Position numbers and translations under genes: made by a program. Below the pieces are notes generated by a model that was not told where the DNA came from, did no database searches, and was given only the letters and a program-made list of their open reading frames with translations. Of a stretch of 64,000 nucleotides of DNA, positions 11,574 to 25,226 are shown in pieces. Numbering within the stretch: the first letter of the stretch is position 1; each line of letters opens with the position of its first letter. Origin of the DNA: Eremomyces bilateralis CBS 781.70 (Eukaryota); NCBI GenBank assembly GCA_010015585.1, contig ML975168.1; one strand, 5' to 3'.

Positions 11574-13700
11574 TCATCCCATCCTCTCAGCTCGCGCCTG
11601 CAACACGAACCCCGGAATCGCCGCCCCCTCATCCCGCTCCCGCGCAGACTGCTGTGTCCGCACGCTGCCCGCTCGGCTGCCGCTCTTGCTTGTCTGCCCA
11701 CTCATCACGAGCGGCTCCGCCTTTTCACCCTCTTTCTCCTCTATTGCTCCCCGACTCCCTTTCCGGCGTCCCGGACTCGTCTCACTCCCCTTCCTACCAG
11801 CCGATATCGTCGTCGCTGTCCCCGCCCCTTGCATCGAAGAAGCGCTGTTCTTCGTCCGAACTGGTGAGTGAGGGGTGCCCATCCCTAACCCCACCGCCCC
11901 GGTCACCCCGCTCCAGACCGTTTCATTCGACATTTTCCTGCCGATGTTCGGCGGGTGGGGCAACCCGACCCCAACGATCGCGCGGCTGCTGGGCCGGCGT
12001 TGGCCGTGCCAGAGGGGGGTATCGGGGTACGTGCTCGTGGAGTAGCTGCTTGTGCGGCTGGCGGAGCGGCTTCGGGGTTGGAAGGGTTCGGGGGTTGCGA
12101 TTTGGGAGTCACGAGTGTGTTGGTGGAGGGGGGAGTCGGCAGGGGGGAGGCTAGTGGTTGAGGCGTGGGGCGGGAGGTCAGAAGAGAGGGAAGGGGCCGG
12201 GGAGGCGGAGCGCATACGGCTGGGGGCACGGGGTGGTGAAATAATGGTGCCGGGGAAGTGGGAGCCGGTGATGGAGGTTCCGGGGGTGGCGCGGGGAGGT
12301 GGAGTGGGGGATTCGGAGCGGAAGAGGGGATGGATGAAAGATTCGTCGGGGGTGGGGAGGTCGGTGAGGTCGTAAGGGTGGGGGTCGAGGGGGGAGGAGT
12401 GGAGGGATGGGGAGGTGGGGCGGGAGTTGGTGCGAATGGGGGGCGGAGGTGGGAGGTTGGAGGTCGATAAGGCGTAGGGAACGGAGGTGGAGGAGAAATT
12501 AGATCGGCTAGGTTGGGATTGGGTTGTGGAGAGCTTGCGGGGGGTGTTTGTGCCTTGCTGCGTGGATTTGTAGTTGTCTATTTCTGTGGATGTGGTGCTG
12601 GGGGGGTTTTCCTCCAGCTGTGTATGGAATGGATTGTCAAGAACATCCGCCTGTGATACCGGCCGACTGCCAGGTATTGTTGGAAGCGGAGTCGATCCAC
12701 GGGGTTGTGGTGCCGTGACTTTTTGTGCAGCGTGTGATCTCGGCACGGCGGTTGCACCTCCATGTATAACCGATTCCTTAAAGCCCGGGTCAACATCACT
12801 CGTATCCCATGCATCAAAAGCATCGGAGTGACGAGGGGTTGAGGAATCAAATGATCGAGCATCGGAGGCCACGAATGAGGCGTTTACAGATGGAGTGGTT
12901 CGGATGAGTTTTGTTTTGGAGGTGATAGGTCGAACGGCCTGATGGAGGGATTCTCGCCATGACCGGCGAGGTGAGCTTGATGAGTGGTACGAGTATGTGG
13001 GGGAAGGGAGATATATGTGTCCGACAGAGGAACGAGTGCTCTGGGGAGGCATTATGGTGAGGGACATCTGCATCGTACTCTCTGTGTCGCCCGTCGCGGC
13101 AGAGATGGATTTTGGGTCCCGTGTGGATCGTTGTGACCGGGGCGATGAAGTTGTGGTGTGAGCTCGTGACGTGCAGCGCTTCAGACGAGCAAGGAGAATG
13201 ATAGAGTAAAAAGCGATTTGAAACACCATTGCCGAAGCCCACACCGCGTATTCCGCGCTGGATGGTGCGGTCCACACTGGGAGAGAATTTTTCCCTAGCA
13301 GGTCGTCATTTTGGGACTTCAAGATCGACGTCCGAACAGTCAAACAGATCGCAATGATGGCAATCGTTATGCACAATGCTGGGACGAACCGCCAAAAACA
13401 GTTATTCGGTAACCGTTTCACGTCCCAGCTACAAGTTCCGCTGACGAAGGCAAGGAATAGCGATAGGATAGCTAGAACGTCGAATACGCTTGCGGCAGTC
13501 GCTGCGCCCCGGAATACCACCGGAACGGGCGCCCATGCGATTGCATTGAGAACTGTGAACACAGTTGATGCGGCGAGCGTGATGAAAGTCGCTGTGCCGA
13601 TAACAGTGGCTAAGATTCTCGGGACACAGAATCGTCCGCAGACGGTTCTTAGCGACACCATGGTAGATTGGGAGCTCCAGAGAGAGTGCTTCGACTCCAT
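11574..13700 (-). CDS. Uncharacterised membrane protein, about 4 N-terminal TM helices and a long Ser/Pro/Thr-rich disordered tail
   Basis: 708-aa ORF with hydrophobic segments within aa ~28-172. IHPLFRSESPTPPPRATPGT and terminal AIPGFVL motifs look conserved. Confidence 0.82.
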   Translation of the reverse strand: MESKHSLWSSQSTMVSLRTVCGRFCVPRILATVIGTATFITLAASTVFTVLNAIAWAPVPVVFRGAATAASVFDVLAILSLFLAFVSGTCSWDVKRLPNNCFWRFVPALCITIAIIAICLTVRTSILKSQNDDLLGKNSLPVWTAPSSAEYAVWASAMVFQIAFYSIILLARLKRCTSRAHTTTSSPRSQRSTRDPKSISAATGDTESTMQMSLTIMPPQSTRSSVGHIYLPSPTYSYHSSSSPRRSWRESLHQAVRPITSKTKLIRTTPSVNASFVASDARSFDSSTPRHSDAFDAWDTSDVDPGFKESVIHGGATAVPRSHAAQKVTAPQPRGSTPLPTIPGSRPVSQADVLDNPFHTQLEENPPSTTSTEIDNYKSTQQGTNTPRKLSTTQSQPSRSNFSSTSVPYALSTSNLPPPPPIRTNSRPTSPSLHSSPLDPHPYDLTDLPTPDESFIHPLFRSESPTPPPRATPGTSITGSHFPGTIISPPRAPSRMRSASPAPSLSSDLPPHASTTSLPPADSPLHQHTRDSQIATPEPFQPRSRSASRTSSYSTSTYPDTPLWHGQRRPSSRAIVGVGLPHPPNIGRKMSNETVWSGVTGAVGLGMGTPHSPVRTKNSASSMQGAGTATTISAGRKGSETSPGRRKGSRGAIEEKEGEKAEPLVMSGQTSKSGSRAGSVRTQQSARERDEGAAIPGFVLQARAERMG

Positions 13701-16700
13701 GACGAGATATGGTTCTCATAAAGACCATATGAGAACAAGGTCGAACCAGGGCATCCAAGCTCTTGACAAAACCCGAACGCGGTTGTGCAATTGTCCGTCT
13801 ATGGATCCCACGGTCCAGAAATTAGGTTTCGAAACATAAGCAGTGGACTATCGCTGCGACAACACCGATCCTGGGTATTCCAGTCGCAGTCCAGAGAAGG
13901 AAAGAATATAGTGAAGGGTATCTTGAGAGAAACGAACGGTCGAGTCGAAATCCTACTCGAGGAACGACTGCAATGGGGTAACGAATGACGCGGACAAGAT
14001 GCCCGATACAGAATGAGCGAACCGAGTTTGTATTGAGCGAACGGATGGCCTGAGTAGATCTCGAGGATTAAAAAGCATCCGGCTGTAGACTTATGAACTG
14101 TCAGACCTGGGCATGAACTCAGCAGTCCAAGCTCTTCGAAAGAGCATGCGACGATGTTTCATGTCCACGAGGACTCTGAATGGCAGAGATAGTAGCGTGT
14201 TTCGGGCGGGGAATGTCCAGTCCAGGCGGACGCAGGTGAAAATCGAGGCGTAGAGTTTATTTGAGCCTTCGGTCAAAGTGTTCGACGTGTGCCATGTAGA
14301 ATCAGTTGCGAGAGATGTGACGAGAAAGGGAAACGCCGTAAGACTGAACAGGTCAAGACTCGATATGACAGCAACGGGAGACGCAAGAAATCGTTAGGAG
14401 AAGAAAGAAACAATAATTATAAGAGAGGAAAAGGCCCTAGTGGAGCAGCGAACAGCCTGGATTCTCGGATCGTACAAGAAATTGGGGGAGCATCAGCAAT
14501 CCGCGTCCGAAGAGCGTGTTGGACTCTTCTCGGGGCCTCCACTCCGCAGCAGCAGTTTTCGGGAGCAACCACACCGGTAATTATTGGCCGTTAAGGTCCA
14601 GGTTCATGTTTGCGGTCATGTCTTGCCAGGTACATGGACCAAGGCTGTTCATGGAAAGGGACTTCACGGTTGGATTGGTGGTGAAGGGAAAGTGGAAGAG
14701 CAAATGGAGAGCGAGGAACATCCTTCCACGACAGAAGGCAAAGCGGCGTTGACCTGGGAATACCATGGAAGTCCTGGGATCGACATGGACAACCTAGACT
14801 TCCCTTCCTTACACAGCATCGGTCCTGGGCACCCCCCCTGCCTAATCTCCCGCTATTTACGGGCCTGTTGAGATGGAGCTAAGTGAAGGGAAGATACTTG
14901 GTGAATTAGTACGACTGGGTTTGAGTTTCTTGCTGTCAGTATGTCTTCCGACAATCCTAGCATTCCCATGACATCGATTTCTCCCCCTTTCCAAGCTAGA
15001 TGGGATATCTATTACGAGAATGGCCTCCCATCGGGCAGCTGAAGAGGTCATAGTCGATAGTCACCGTATCACAGGACCATTGAAAACCCCGCCTAGGCGC
15101 CCACGTTACTCTCCTCTTCCGTCCGCATCCAGAGTCCAGACTTCCAGACTCCAGCGGCGGAAGATGTGCAGGACGCGTCGATGGCTTGCAACTGGTAGGC
15201 TTCCGGGCTACGGCACACGACGGTCATGGCTTGCGGCGCCACCGCCCCAGATATCCGCTGTAACGATGCTGCTCATAGGCGGGTTTTCTCCAGGCTATCG
15301 TCCAATACGGAATACCTGGTGAAAAGCTTCTGGAAGGACCAGGGAGAGCAAGCATAGAAAGGATAGCAGCTTGGAAAAGAACGAGGGACACGCGACACAA
15401 ATGACCCTCTCCGAGAGGGTCATTCCATGGTGACAGAGAAACGTGCCAATCGTGCACCCAAGACAGGATCTGCTTGTGCGTTGGCTGGCGGTTACTCTAT
15501 TGTCATAATCCAATTGATACCTATCTCCAAAGTTACTCAAAATGAAGCCCGTTCATTTTTCTCGATCGACGGCTCGTGGCTCCGCACTGGAGATGGCTCG
15601 TGGAGACATAGTGGAGTTGAATATGAAAGTCATGAGAATCTTGACAAGTGACACGACGATCTCGGAGTCCAGCCAGCAAGAACCTTTCACGCTTGGAGAT
15701 TTTCAAACCATAGTTCGGCGACCGTTGGCGGGAGCGATCCATGTCTCCATGATGCTTGTCTTGCACTTCCGTCTCGATGAAGTCATCAAGCTTGTCGAAC
15801 GCGTTTGTTGGTAAGCAACAGGTTGTTTTGAGTAAATACACTCAGGGGATAATGGCGGATACACTTTTATTGTCTTTCCCCCATCACGTCGGATCAGTTC
15901 CCCACGAAAAGCACGGAGACAAATTGTCGATGGTACCTGCATTGGATCTTCTTGAAGATTGTATGCTAAACCTTACACAATGAAACTCACGATATCCTCC
16001 TCCCCATTCCCCGAAATCTGTTGTGTCCCCTACAATCGTTGGTAGATTGAGCTACTGCAACCACTGCAGTCTGCATCGAATCTACAGCACTTACACCCGA
16101 GCTTGCAGCGCATCCCAGCCCTGCCCGAATGAATCGTAAAATTCATATTGCATCTCACCCAATTCTTCCATCGTCACGCATCCATGTCTTTTCATCGCGC
16201 TTGGATTGCGTCACGGTCGGGATGGTCCTTGTAGGACAACTGGTTACACCCTCGAAGAAGCCCCGGGAAGATATTCCCTCCTGCAGCCAACGGGACCGCT
16301 GTCTGCAATTCGGCTGCAGCCAGTCACACCTGACGCTGGCCTCTGGATATGATTACTGGATGCAAAGGCGAAGGGGGCGATGTTTGCAGTAGTGACGGGG
16401 AGGGCCGTGTCCACCGCGTTTCGAGATGTAAACAACAGGAGACGAGATCGGATGTTGCTTGTGATGTACTGATCCCTCTTTGTGAAGCGCGTCGACTCAA
16501 ATCTGACAATGGGAGTACCCTCTGAATTGCCCATTCAATTTAATACAGCTTACCTTAATGATCGTCATCCCTCCGTTCGCAAAATGTCTTCGATTGCCGG
16601 CCACGCGAGAAAGTCATTAATTATAAATTAGTGAAATTTCTACGAGGCTGAGCCGACGATCTTGACCCGAGAAAGCCATGGACTGAGATAACGTCTCATG

Positions 16701-19214
16701 AATTGGACCCGCCTAATTTCCTCTCATCAGAACCGCGGTTTTGGCTGAGGTACGCCTTGTCCTTCAGCAGCAAGGTTCCACGGCGTCGTCTCAAGACGCT
16801 GCGGTGCTCCCGATTCAAGGATCGCCGATGTAATATCGAGCAGACCTGGATGCTTCAAAGGGTCAAACAGTCTGACCGTCGGGCGTCCATTCGTTGGGAA
16901 ACAATGCCTCTGTGCCATTGAATATCAATGGTTTCGTAGCATCTCCCGATGGAGGCTCAATGGCTCCTCTGTCTATCAGAATATCCCGTATATGTCGGCC
17001 ACTTTAGAAGGTTTGTATCTCAAGATTAGAAGAACGCTCCGAGTATTGGTACCACGCCATCGGACGCCCGCTGAATGCTGTGGTTGTGAAATGGTGCGGG
17101 TAGTTACTGAGCATAAGATCTCAAATCTTCCAGCGAGTTTCATGAAGCACGATTTCTAAGAACAGCTCTGCTCATCACAACTTGACTTGAAGTTAAACCC
17201 ATTGCCGCATTCACAGGAATTTCTCGCTTTTGAGAAAATATTTCAAAGGGACTCGTTCATAGTGGACCGAATCACCGAAATACCCCGGCGTGCTATGGAA
17301 TATTCCATTCCTTCTACAGCGTTGATCCTTCGACATGGGCTGTGGCGATTTATTGGCCTAGACTTGAGAAAAGGGGTTTCTCGCTTCTGGATATCCCAGA
17401 CATTGGATTCCTTCACTGGCGCATTAGCAATATAGGAAAATGGAAGGTGATTGAGAACCGGTAGGATCCTGCTTCCCAGTCAACTTTCGTACAATATATC
17501 CTTCCCTTGCCAATATTTCCTCCTAGCTAATCCAAACAGATGTTGGTTTCGCAGGAGGTCAAAACAATTGGTTTGCTGCTTCAGTGTACGAACGACATAT
17601 TTTCATCTCTCATCCAATGGATCCTGCAGATCCCAAAAGTCCGAAATCTTGTAATACCTTACCCGAATATTTCCTCAATGGACCACAGAAATATTGGCTT
17701 TTAGAACAGCGTCCAAGAAATCTGTTTCTCATCCAATTGCTTAGTCTTAGATGAGTACTCTATCCGCGCCCAATCCAGTAATTTCAACACTCAACCAATC
17801 GGTTCCCGAGATATATCCCATTGGTCGGTTGGGCAAACACATCCATATTTACTCCGCTCCTCTCCAAGTCTCTCCGTCTGTCCATGTCGATATCGCTCTA
17901 TGCGATGCAAGATTCTGCACCATCACCTTGTGTCCCTGACCGGGCGCTCATCATCCAGTACACTCTTTCCATCACGCTCTGTTCACCATACCGACGCGCT
18001 ACGGACTGACGGGTGCCCCTATCCGTCCGACGAGTCTAACTTAGCTTTCGTGCCCACAACATTGGGCCATAACCTTGCTCGCCACGATGTGAGGGCAGCG
18101 AGCCCGATCACTCCCTGCTCACGGAGATTGAGACCAATGGGCGGAGGAGTGGCGTATCAATAGGGTTCCTTAGTCTAACGGTCGGTGGCAGGTCAATGAT
18201 ACTTTGCGGCGGGATGTCATGCTGGACGTGGTACTCGGTGCGGGAATGCCAACAACCGGACGGATCGGTTTTAGTATCGCCATATTCAAGGTTTATTACG
18301 TGACGGGCCGGGATTGCCATACCAACTGATATCATAGTTTTACTGGCATTTGTTGTTGAGGTTTCAAACATCAAGCCGTTGTCTCCTAGCAGCCCTAGGA
18401 GCCGTTGGCATGTTCAGGAAGTCGATTCGTATACAAAAATAGCTCAGAAAGAGACTAAGGAATGGAGACATTGGATATCGACGACGTGTGAGTCTCGATG
18501 ACCGTTTAACTTCCTAATTAAGCTGTTACGCGGTTAGACAGGTGCCTTCCTTGTTCTGATCCATAGGCGCAAGTTGTCCAACCACCAGTCATCGCAGAGC
18601 TCTCCCATCCAACCAGCCTCGAAGCACCGATCGCAAGCACTTGCTGTCATGGCTAGCACCTCCCCTGGCCCATCGTGGCTTGCAACCCCCAATTCCTAGG
18701 TGCCCGAGGCAAGACACCGGAGAGCAGAGCAGGACTCGAAGTTTAGCACGTGGCATACCCTTCATCGCACACCTGTGTCTATCCGTTCCCCGCCCCGGCT
18801 TCTCCTCACTGTCATCGTCCACCGTCACCGTCACCTTAGTGCTGGCACCTGGTCGATGCCGAGAGCACACCCACACCGCCCGTCGGAGGTCCGTCGTTGG
18901 CGTCCTTTCGCTGTCTAGCTGCCCCGCATTGTCTCGGAGTGGTGGAAAGAACTGGTTGATAGGATATGGCTGATATCGTTTGCTTAATCGTGACACCTTG
19001 CAACGAAGAATTTGCCAACGGGAGTTCAGGATGAAAATCCTTGGTCAGCCAGCAAGAGGCATCTCCTACCTGTTTGGGCAGAATACGTCATGCCCAACGG
19101 TTACTCCTCGACAACATAGCAAGTGATTTTAAAACCGCCACCGTTCATGCTAACATGCCCTTCCGTTCACTGCTTAGCTGGAAGCTGTAAAAAGTCACAG
19201 TCAAGAGCGGGCCT

Positions 19215-20612
19215 CTACGCGGATGCATGGCTCTCAGTAGGCAAGATCTCCGCCATCCGTGGTTGTATCACGAAATCGTCGTAGATTAATTTCTTCGTGG
19301 AGGGCCTCTCTTCCGGCATCCAGCATAAGATTTTTCGCATGAACTGTATGAAAAGGGCCCGATCCTCGCCATCAAGAGACTGTACGCGAGTTTTGAAAGA
19401 TTGGTCGGGAATGGGAATGGATCCTTTCCAGTTCCCTGTAATGAGGTCAGCGAGTTTCTACATATTCCACTTCCCCATGTGGAGGGTTCGCATATCCGGG
19501 CGATACCTTGATCGTCCTAATACGTCCGGAACGTTTCGCTTCGCCTGAGGAATTCTAAGGATGGAGGGCCCATGAGGGAAACTACCTCCACGAGATGCTG
19601 TTCCTCGTTTACTATTCCGTCCTCCGTGGCAACGAAGAGATGGCTGACTTCGAGAAGGTCCAACGCCCAGATCGGACAGAGTCTGCTCATGTCTGGTGCT
19701 GTGAATGTGCACTCATCAGCGCCCCAACGGCCACATGTCACTTTGCTGTCCCAAGGTATTTCTAAAACCATTTCCGGAGCACGATGGATATCAGGCATGG
19801 CGTTACCCTTATATATTTGATGGCCGGGTCTAGCTCGTCAAAATCGCAAAGTACTGGCTCGCTCCCGACATGGAAGGGCATTTATGGTGACAGGTAGATG
19901 GTACGATCGCTGAGAATCGTCCTAGCCACAGGCTGTTCCGCTTCGCCCTACTCCGTCTGGGAGATTATCGACTCATCGCCGATAGATTGGAGGATGTTAT
20001 TTGGTGAAATGCCGGTATGAACGACGCCACATTTGTGTAGATAATCCACAGTAACGAGTAGGGGTTGAAAGCCGGATTGGAAAGCATCTATTGGAAACTT
20101 CTACTAGGGAATGACTTGACAAGTGCCCTCCAGCTCATCCCAAGTGGTTCATAGAGGAGGCAGACGTGGTTGCCATTTGGACCGGTGATTTCAAAGTATT
20201 CTAGTACGACCCGCACCCTTTTTCTCCCCACCTGTAGACGGGGGTAATTAGATGTTCAGGTAAAGGGAGACAAATCTCTTAATAGTGGATCTTTGCTCTT
20301 TTGTCCGAAAACAATCCTTGAGCGTCAGATATTGATCGCAGCTATTGATGAATTAGGAGAAAAATATGCAGAAGAATCATCGCCTCGTGAAGACACTTGC
20401 CGAAGACCACGACATAACCAAAGGGTTGAGTTCACGCCGAACCCAAGTTTGCGGACGACCTGATATCTGGACTTCAACACTTCGCCGATATAGACGGGAT
20501 GATAGTCCTCGAGGTTCCTAGAGGGAACATTCTCTTCTTCAAATTTTTCTCGGGGGTTCAGTTGCACGAACCCTGAAGAGATAGATCTTCTTAGCAGAGA
20601 AGGAGGAGACAT
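19215..20612 (-). pseudogene. SRPK/Sky1-like (CMGC) Ser/Thr kinase pseudogene
   Basis: Kinase motifs in order: YHPVYIGEVLKSRYQVVRKLGFGVNSTLWL, HVCLLYEPLG, DYLHKCGVVHTGISPNNIL, LCDFDE, MPDIHRAPEMVLEIPWDSKV, FMRKILCWMPEERPS. In-frame TAG at 19948-19950, TAA at 19882-19884, a frameshift near 19833, and HTD>HTG and DFG>DFD changes. Confidence 0.88.
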
Positions 20613-23542
20613 TTCGTTCGAAGCGCGGGCATATATCAGGGGTAAAGATGGTGGAATTCGACGGGAAAGATACAGTCGGGAGGTAGACAAATATGGCTTG
20701 TACCTCTTCAAGGGAAATCAAAACCCTCGTCTTGCTATCCTACAGGTTGGAGATACGAAAAGAGGGTGTCGGGTTGCGAATTTCTCGCGCGTTCAACGTG
20801 GAAGTTATTTCCAAGTTGACATCATCGTCAACTGCGGCAGCGATTGATTCGGGACAACCTGCGATCAAACCGCCATCCTGCTCCCACCAAACTTCACTGC
20901 TACCCGCATTTTAAAATCATCACCTTGCTGAATCTGAAATTCGGAATATGCAATCGTCTTCTAGAAGAGCGCCGCCGGCATATATAATACTGTATACCGA
21001 CTTGCTACTATCACCTCTTGCACTAAACCAAAATTCCTATATCCCTCAGGAGGGCTGGGAATGTATTCCGTATCCCGTGCCACAATCGATAGTTAATCCT
21101 AGTCACTATGTACTGTATTGTCCTGACGCTCATCAACGAGCTCATGCAGGAGCAAAAGAACTCTGAGGCATATGACCTTGAATATATTGTTCCAGCGCAG
21201 CTGCTCCGAGAGCCTTAGTATCTCGATCCAGAGTCTGGTTTCAATCGATAGTGCTAGCGTTTCAATATAATTCTCTCTAAAGTCTACGCTTCTATTATCA
21301 AGTTCAACACTCAGTCGAGGATGATTTTATACCACTCTTGAAACAATGTTGCGATTTACTATGGCCCTAGCTATGAGGTATATTCGTATCTCAGCCGAAG
21401 AATTGGAGAAAGGTGCAAGGTTGACTTGTGCGAGCCCGGTCATGAAGACTAGTGCGTCACTCGGAAGGAGGTAGAGTATGAGATTCGGAGCGTATTGTAT
21501 AGAGCACGAATACAAAGCAGTTTCCAGTCGTCCAGTGTAAATCTAAATCCAATATGTTCTCCTGTCCTTCGTTACCTACGTTCCAGGCTAATTCGGAATG
21601 ACTAACTAATAAACCTTAATCTAACTAGACATTAGGGTCGCCGAATACACTGGAAAAGGGACTAGATTTGCTTCCACGTATGGCCACGAATACGGGACAT
21701 GGGTTGAATCCTATTCACGAGCTGGAAGGCCGTTTGCTGAATGAATTGGGCGATTCGGAATAAGCAAATTCCACCGATGCGGAATCATCGACGGTTGCAG
21801 GATCATCCATTGCCATAGAGTCGTAGCCTACGGTATTTGCATACGGCGCAAGACGCGACCCTCAGAAAACGTCTGATACGGAGTTGGATGAGCAGGCTAA
21901 GGACAAATCTTGGAAAAGGAACGTGGATATTTCCTGAGGATGAGAAATGAGGAGATCGGGGCGCGAATACGACATTCTAGGATGCTAAGAGCCGGTACGC
22001 GAAGGGGCGTGAAGTGGTTCATGGAATTGTCTGGGGAATGAGTGTGATGGTCCTGGCGTATATCTGCAGGGAATACTCTTCATCGTTACCTTCTTTTCGC
22101 CTTATGCCATCTCTCTTTTAATACAGAAGTGCGGTTTCCGCTCTCGTTAAGTCGGTCGGAAGATATCACTCCAAGTGTTCGTAGGCTGGGGGGTGGATGT
22201 CAAGGGCGAAATGCCACCACTTTTCTCCATCGCGGATGGCCTAGAATCCCAAATCAGTGATGTATGTAGTTCTAATATCACGCCTATCCAGGTGGAATCC
22301 AGACAGCCAACATATCCACAACCCTATCCAACGCCCAATGATGCAGGTGACTTCCGATTTCAATCAGCGTGACGGAGCATCCGTGAGTATGTGCAGATTT
22401 CGCCTGCGATGAGTATAGACCAAAGCCCCGCAATGTCCAGAGATACGCAACTTTTGAATCCAAGCGCTTTTGTCCCCCCGGGGCGAGCGGCCGGTGGATG
22501 GTCGCTAAGAATGGCTCTTGCCAGTTACTGGCCGACGAAACGCAGTGTCCCGGTGAACGATGAAAACGTGTATTCGTGAATCCGATCCTGCCTTCTTGAT
22601 GTCACCTACTCTTGTCCCCCGTGAGCTCTTGTTGATTTCGGCGCTCTTCTCTACAGCCGCAGCTCGCAGCGTAATGCTGAGAAGTCTTCCGGTGCCGGGA
22701 GATAGACTTTCCAGTATCCATCTCCCTCTGGGTCGGATGGCATCGTGAGCGGAGGCGATGGAGACGGATGATGGACAAGTGGCCAGCCTTCGAGGGCAAG
22801 CCTTATTCACCTCTCCGTGGCTACTTGTATGCTATCTATCAGTGGGTCGGTTGGGAAGTTGAAGGTTGCTTGATTGATGAAGATGGAGGTGGTTGGCAGA
22901 TCACGTGACTACTCTAAGACTTTGACGAACTGAGGATGACAACAGGATTGAACGATAAGGGAGCATTATGTATTGCGAATGATAGAAAACTAAGTAAGGG
23001 CTTAAGGAGGTACATGAGGTAACGGCAGCAGGATTTTCAAGGGCTGGAAGGATGCTTCAAGGCGATCCATTCTCCCGGTCCCCCTCCATGTTCCGTCGTG
23101 GCTCGACCGTTCAAGGAGCTACATGCTGTGATTGCAGATCGATGATTCATAATGATTTGACGAGAGAATCCACCAGTGATTATAGCATGATTTGCTAGAT
23201 AGTTAATAGATGACTGGACGGAGAATACGAAATGTGAATTAGGTTTAGAGTTAAGAATCGATGACTCCGTCAAAGTCATAGTGCAGTGCAGTCAGTACAA
23301 AGCCCAGAAGTGGCGCAGTTCCGAATTTGCTGCTCCGCCGAAATCTCCAACGGAAATCGCCCCACCTGCAACAACCTCACGGCAAAGAAATTCAGATATA
23401 GATACCCATCCGACTACCCTTCGATATCCGTCGATAATCTCAAACAATCGTACATACTCCACCGCCTTTCGAATATCCTCTTCCCCCATCTACCATACCA
23501 GCAAATCCTCTTAAAGCATAAAAGCCACCGCACATACCCATC

Positions 23543-24527
23543 ATGGCTGTCCGCGCACAATTCGAGAACTCGAATGAGTATGACCACTACCCCTCCTTCG
23601 CACCTTCATGGCGCCATCAAGCTAATCGCATGTCTACAGAGTCGGTGTCTTCGCGACACTTACCAATTCCTACGCCATCGTAGCCCAAGGCGCTTCCGAG
23701 AACTTCTACAGGTACGTCCACTGAATCTTCCCCGCATCCCCCCTCCGCCGCCGGCCGCACAATGCCATATCCCCCGACCCTAACCCCCCACCCCGAATCC
23801 TTGATCACCCCAAACTAACCCCCTCCCAGCATCTTCGAATCCGAACTGCAAGATGTCATCCCCATCTGCCACGCCACTATCGCCGGCACCCGCATCGTCG
23901 GCCGCCTGACCACGGGCAACCGCAAAGGCCTCCTCGTCCCCACCAGCACCACCGACCAAGAGCTCGCGCACCTCCGCAACTCCCTCCCCGACTCCGTCTC
24001 CATCCAACGCCTTGAAGAGCGTCTCTCCGCCCTCGGCAACGTCATCTGCGCGAACGACCACGTGGCGCTCGTGCATCCGGACCTGGAGCGGGAGACGGAG
24101 GAGCTGATCGCGGATGTGCTGGGAGTGGAGGTGTTCAGGCAGACAGTGGCCGATCATGTGTTGACCGGGAGTTATATGGCGTTGAGTAATCAGGGGGGTT
24201 TGGTGCATCCGAAGACGAGCGTGCAGGATCAGGATGAGTTGAGTAGTTTGTTGCAGGTGCCGTTGGTGGCGGGAAGTGTGAATCGGGGAAGTCCGGTAGT
24301 GGGCGCGGGGATTGTGGTGAATGATTGGATGGCAGTGACTGGTGAGTTGTCCTTTCCTTCTTGTTTGCTTGATTAAATGATGTCGGTACTGATTATTTTG
24401 TATAGGCCTCGACACCACCGCCACCGAGCTCTCCGTCATTGAGAGCGTCTTCAGATTAGGTGAGGGCGCAGGCCCCGGCGACATCAACACGACGAACAAG
24501 GAGACGATGGTCGAGTCGTTCTACTAA
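23543..24527 (+). CDS. TIF6: Eukaryotic translation initiation factor 6 (eIF6), 3 introns
   Basis: [24 protein letters not shown]...[12 protein letters not shown]...[14 protein letters not shown]...[18 protein letters not shown]. Introns at 23578-23639, 23712-23829 and 24342-24405. Confidence 0.98.
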
Positions 24528-25226
24528 ACCATCCTCACCAAAATGTAGCGTTCTCTCACTATTTCACGATCTGAGTCGAGATGTCACGAGTTGAGCAAAA
24601 ACCGCGAACTCCGGACTTTTTACATGGTGGATGAGCATGGCGTTGGGTTGTGGGGTCTATAAATGTCATCGATTGAAAACGGATCGGACGAGTGGCCATG
24701 GTAGCTTGGCAGTTAACTAGCCTCGGTGGCCATGAAAAACATCCCGCGAAATCAACAACGATAATGCATACAGAATTCGCCTCCGTGGATGAATGGTGTT
24801 TGATTTCATTGAAATTGGTGTGGTGGCTCGTCACTGATCTATAAGGCGATCATGGCGACGAACGACGTTCGCAAATTGATCTTCCCGAATAATCGAAAGT
24901 CCGAGCGATTGTCCATCCCCGTCCCTTTGTTACCCTCTGGAGCCTCTCCACCCTTGCTTCATCATTTATCAATTATCACCCGTATCACCCTCACTTGGGT
25001 GCGCTGCTGCTGCGCCATCGGACAGATTAATGACAATTACTTCATTAAGCGTGATAAGGGAACCGTGATTTCAGGGAGGTAATAGGGAGGTGGGTTATCA
25101 AATCGAAGGTTCGGCTAAGACTATTCGGAAGAGAAGGATTCATGTGTGCGGGGAATAGTAATTTTGGGGGGTGCGTGCGAGCATGGTTCTCGGAGACGGA
25201 GGGTGGAGTGTTGTGGTTTAACAAAC

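Noticed and set aside
15224..15942. Possible gene relic on the minus strand
   Set aside because: The frames are interrupted and I recognise no motif, so a call needs BLASTx.
19882..19950. Kinase premature stops as candidates for A-to-I editing (UAG>UGG) rescue
   Set aside because: The gene also has a frameshift and has lost the catalytic Asp and DFG. The stop positions do not look like Trp sites, so simple decay explains it better.
21180..21680. TpA-rich patch suggestive of a RIP-degraded transposon
   Set aside because: It is short and only mildly AT-rich, with no terminal repeats or transposase/RT motifs seen.
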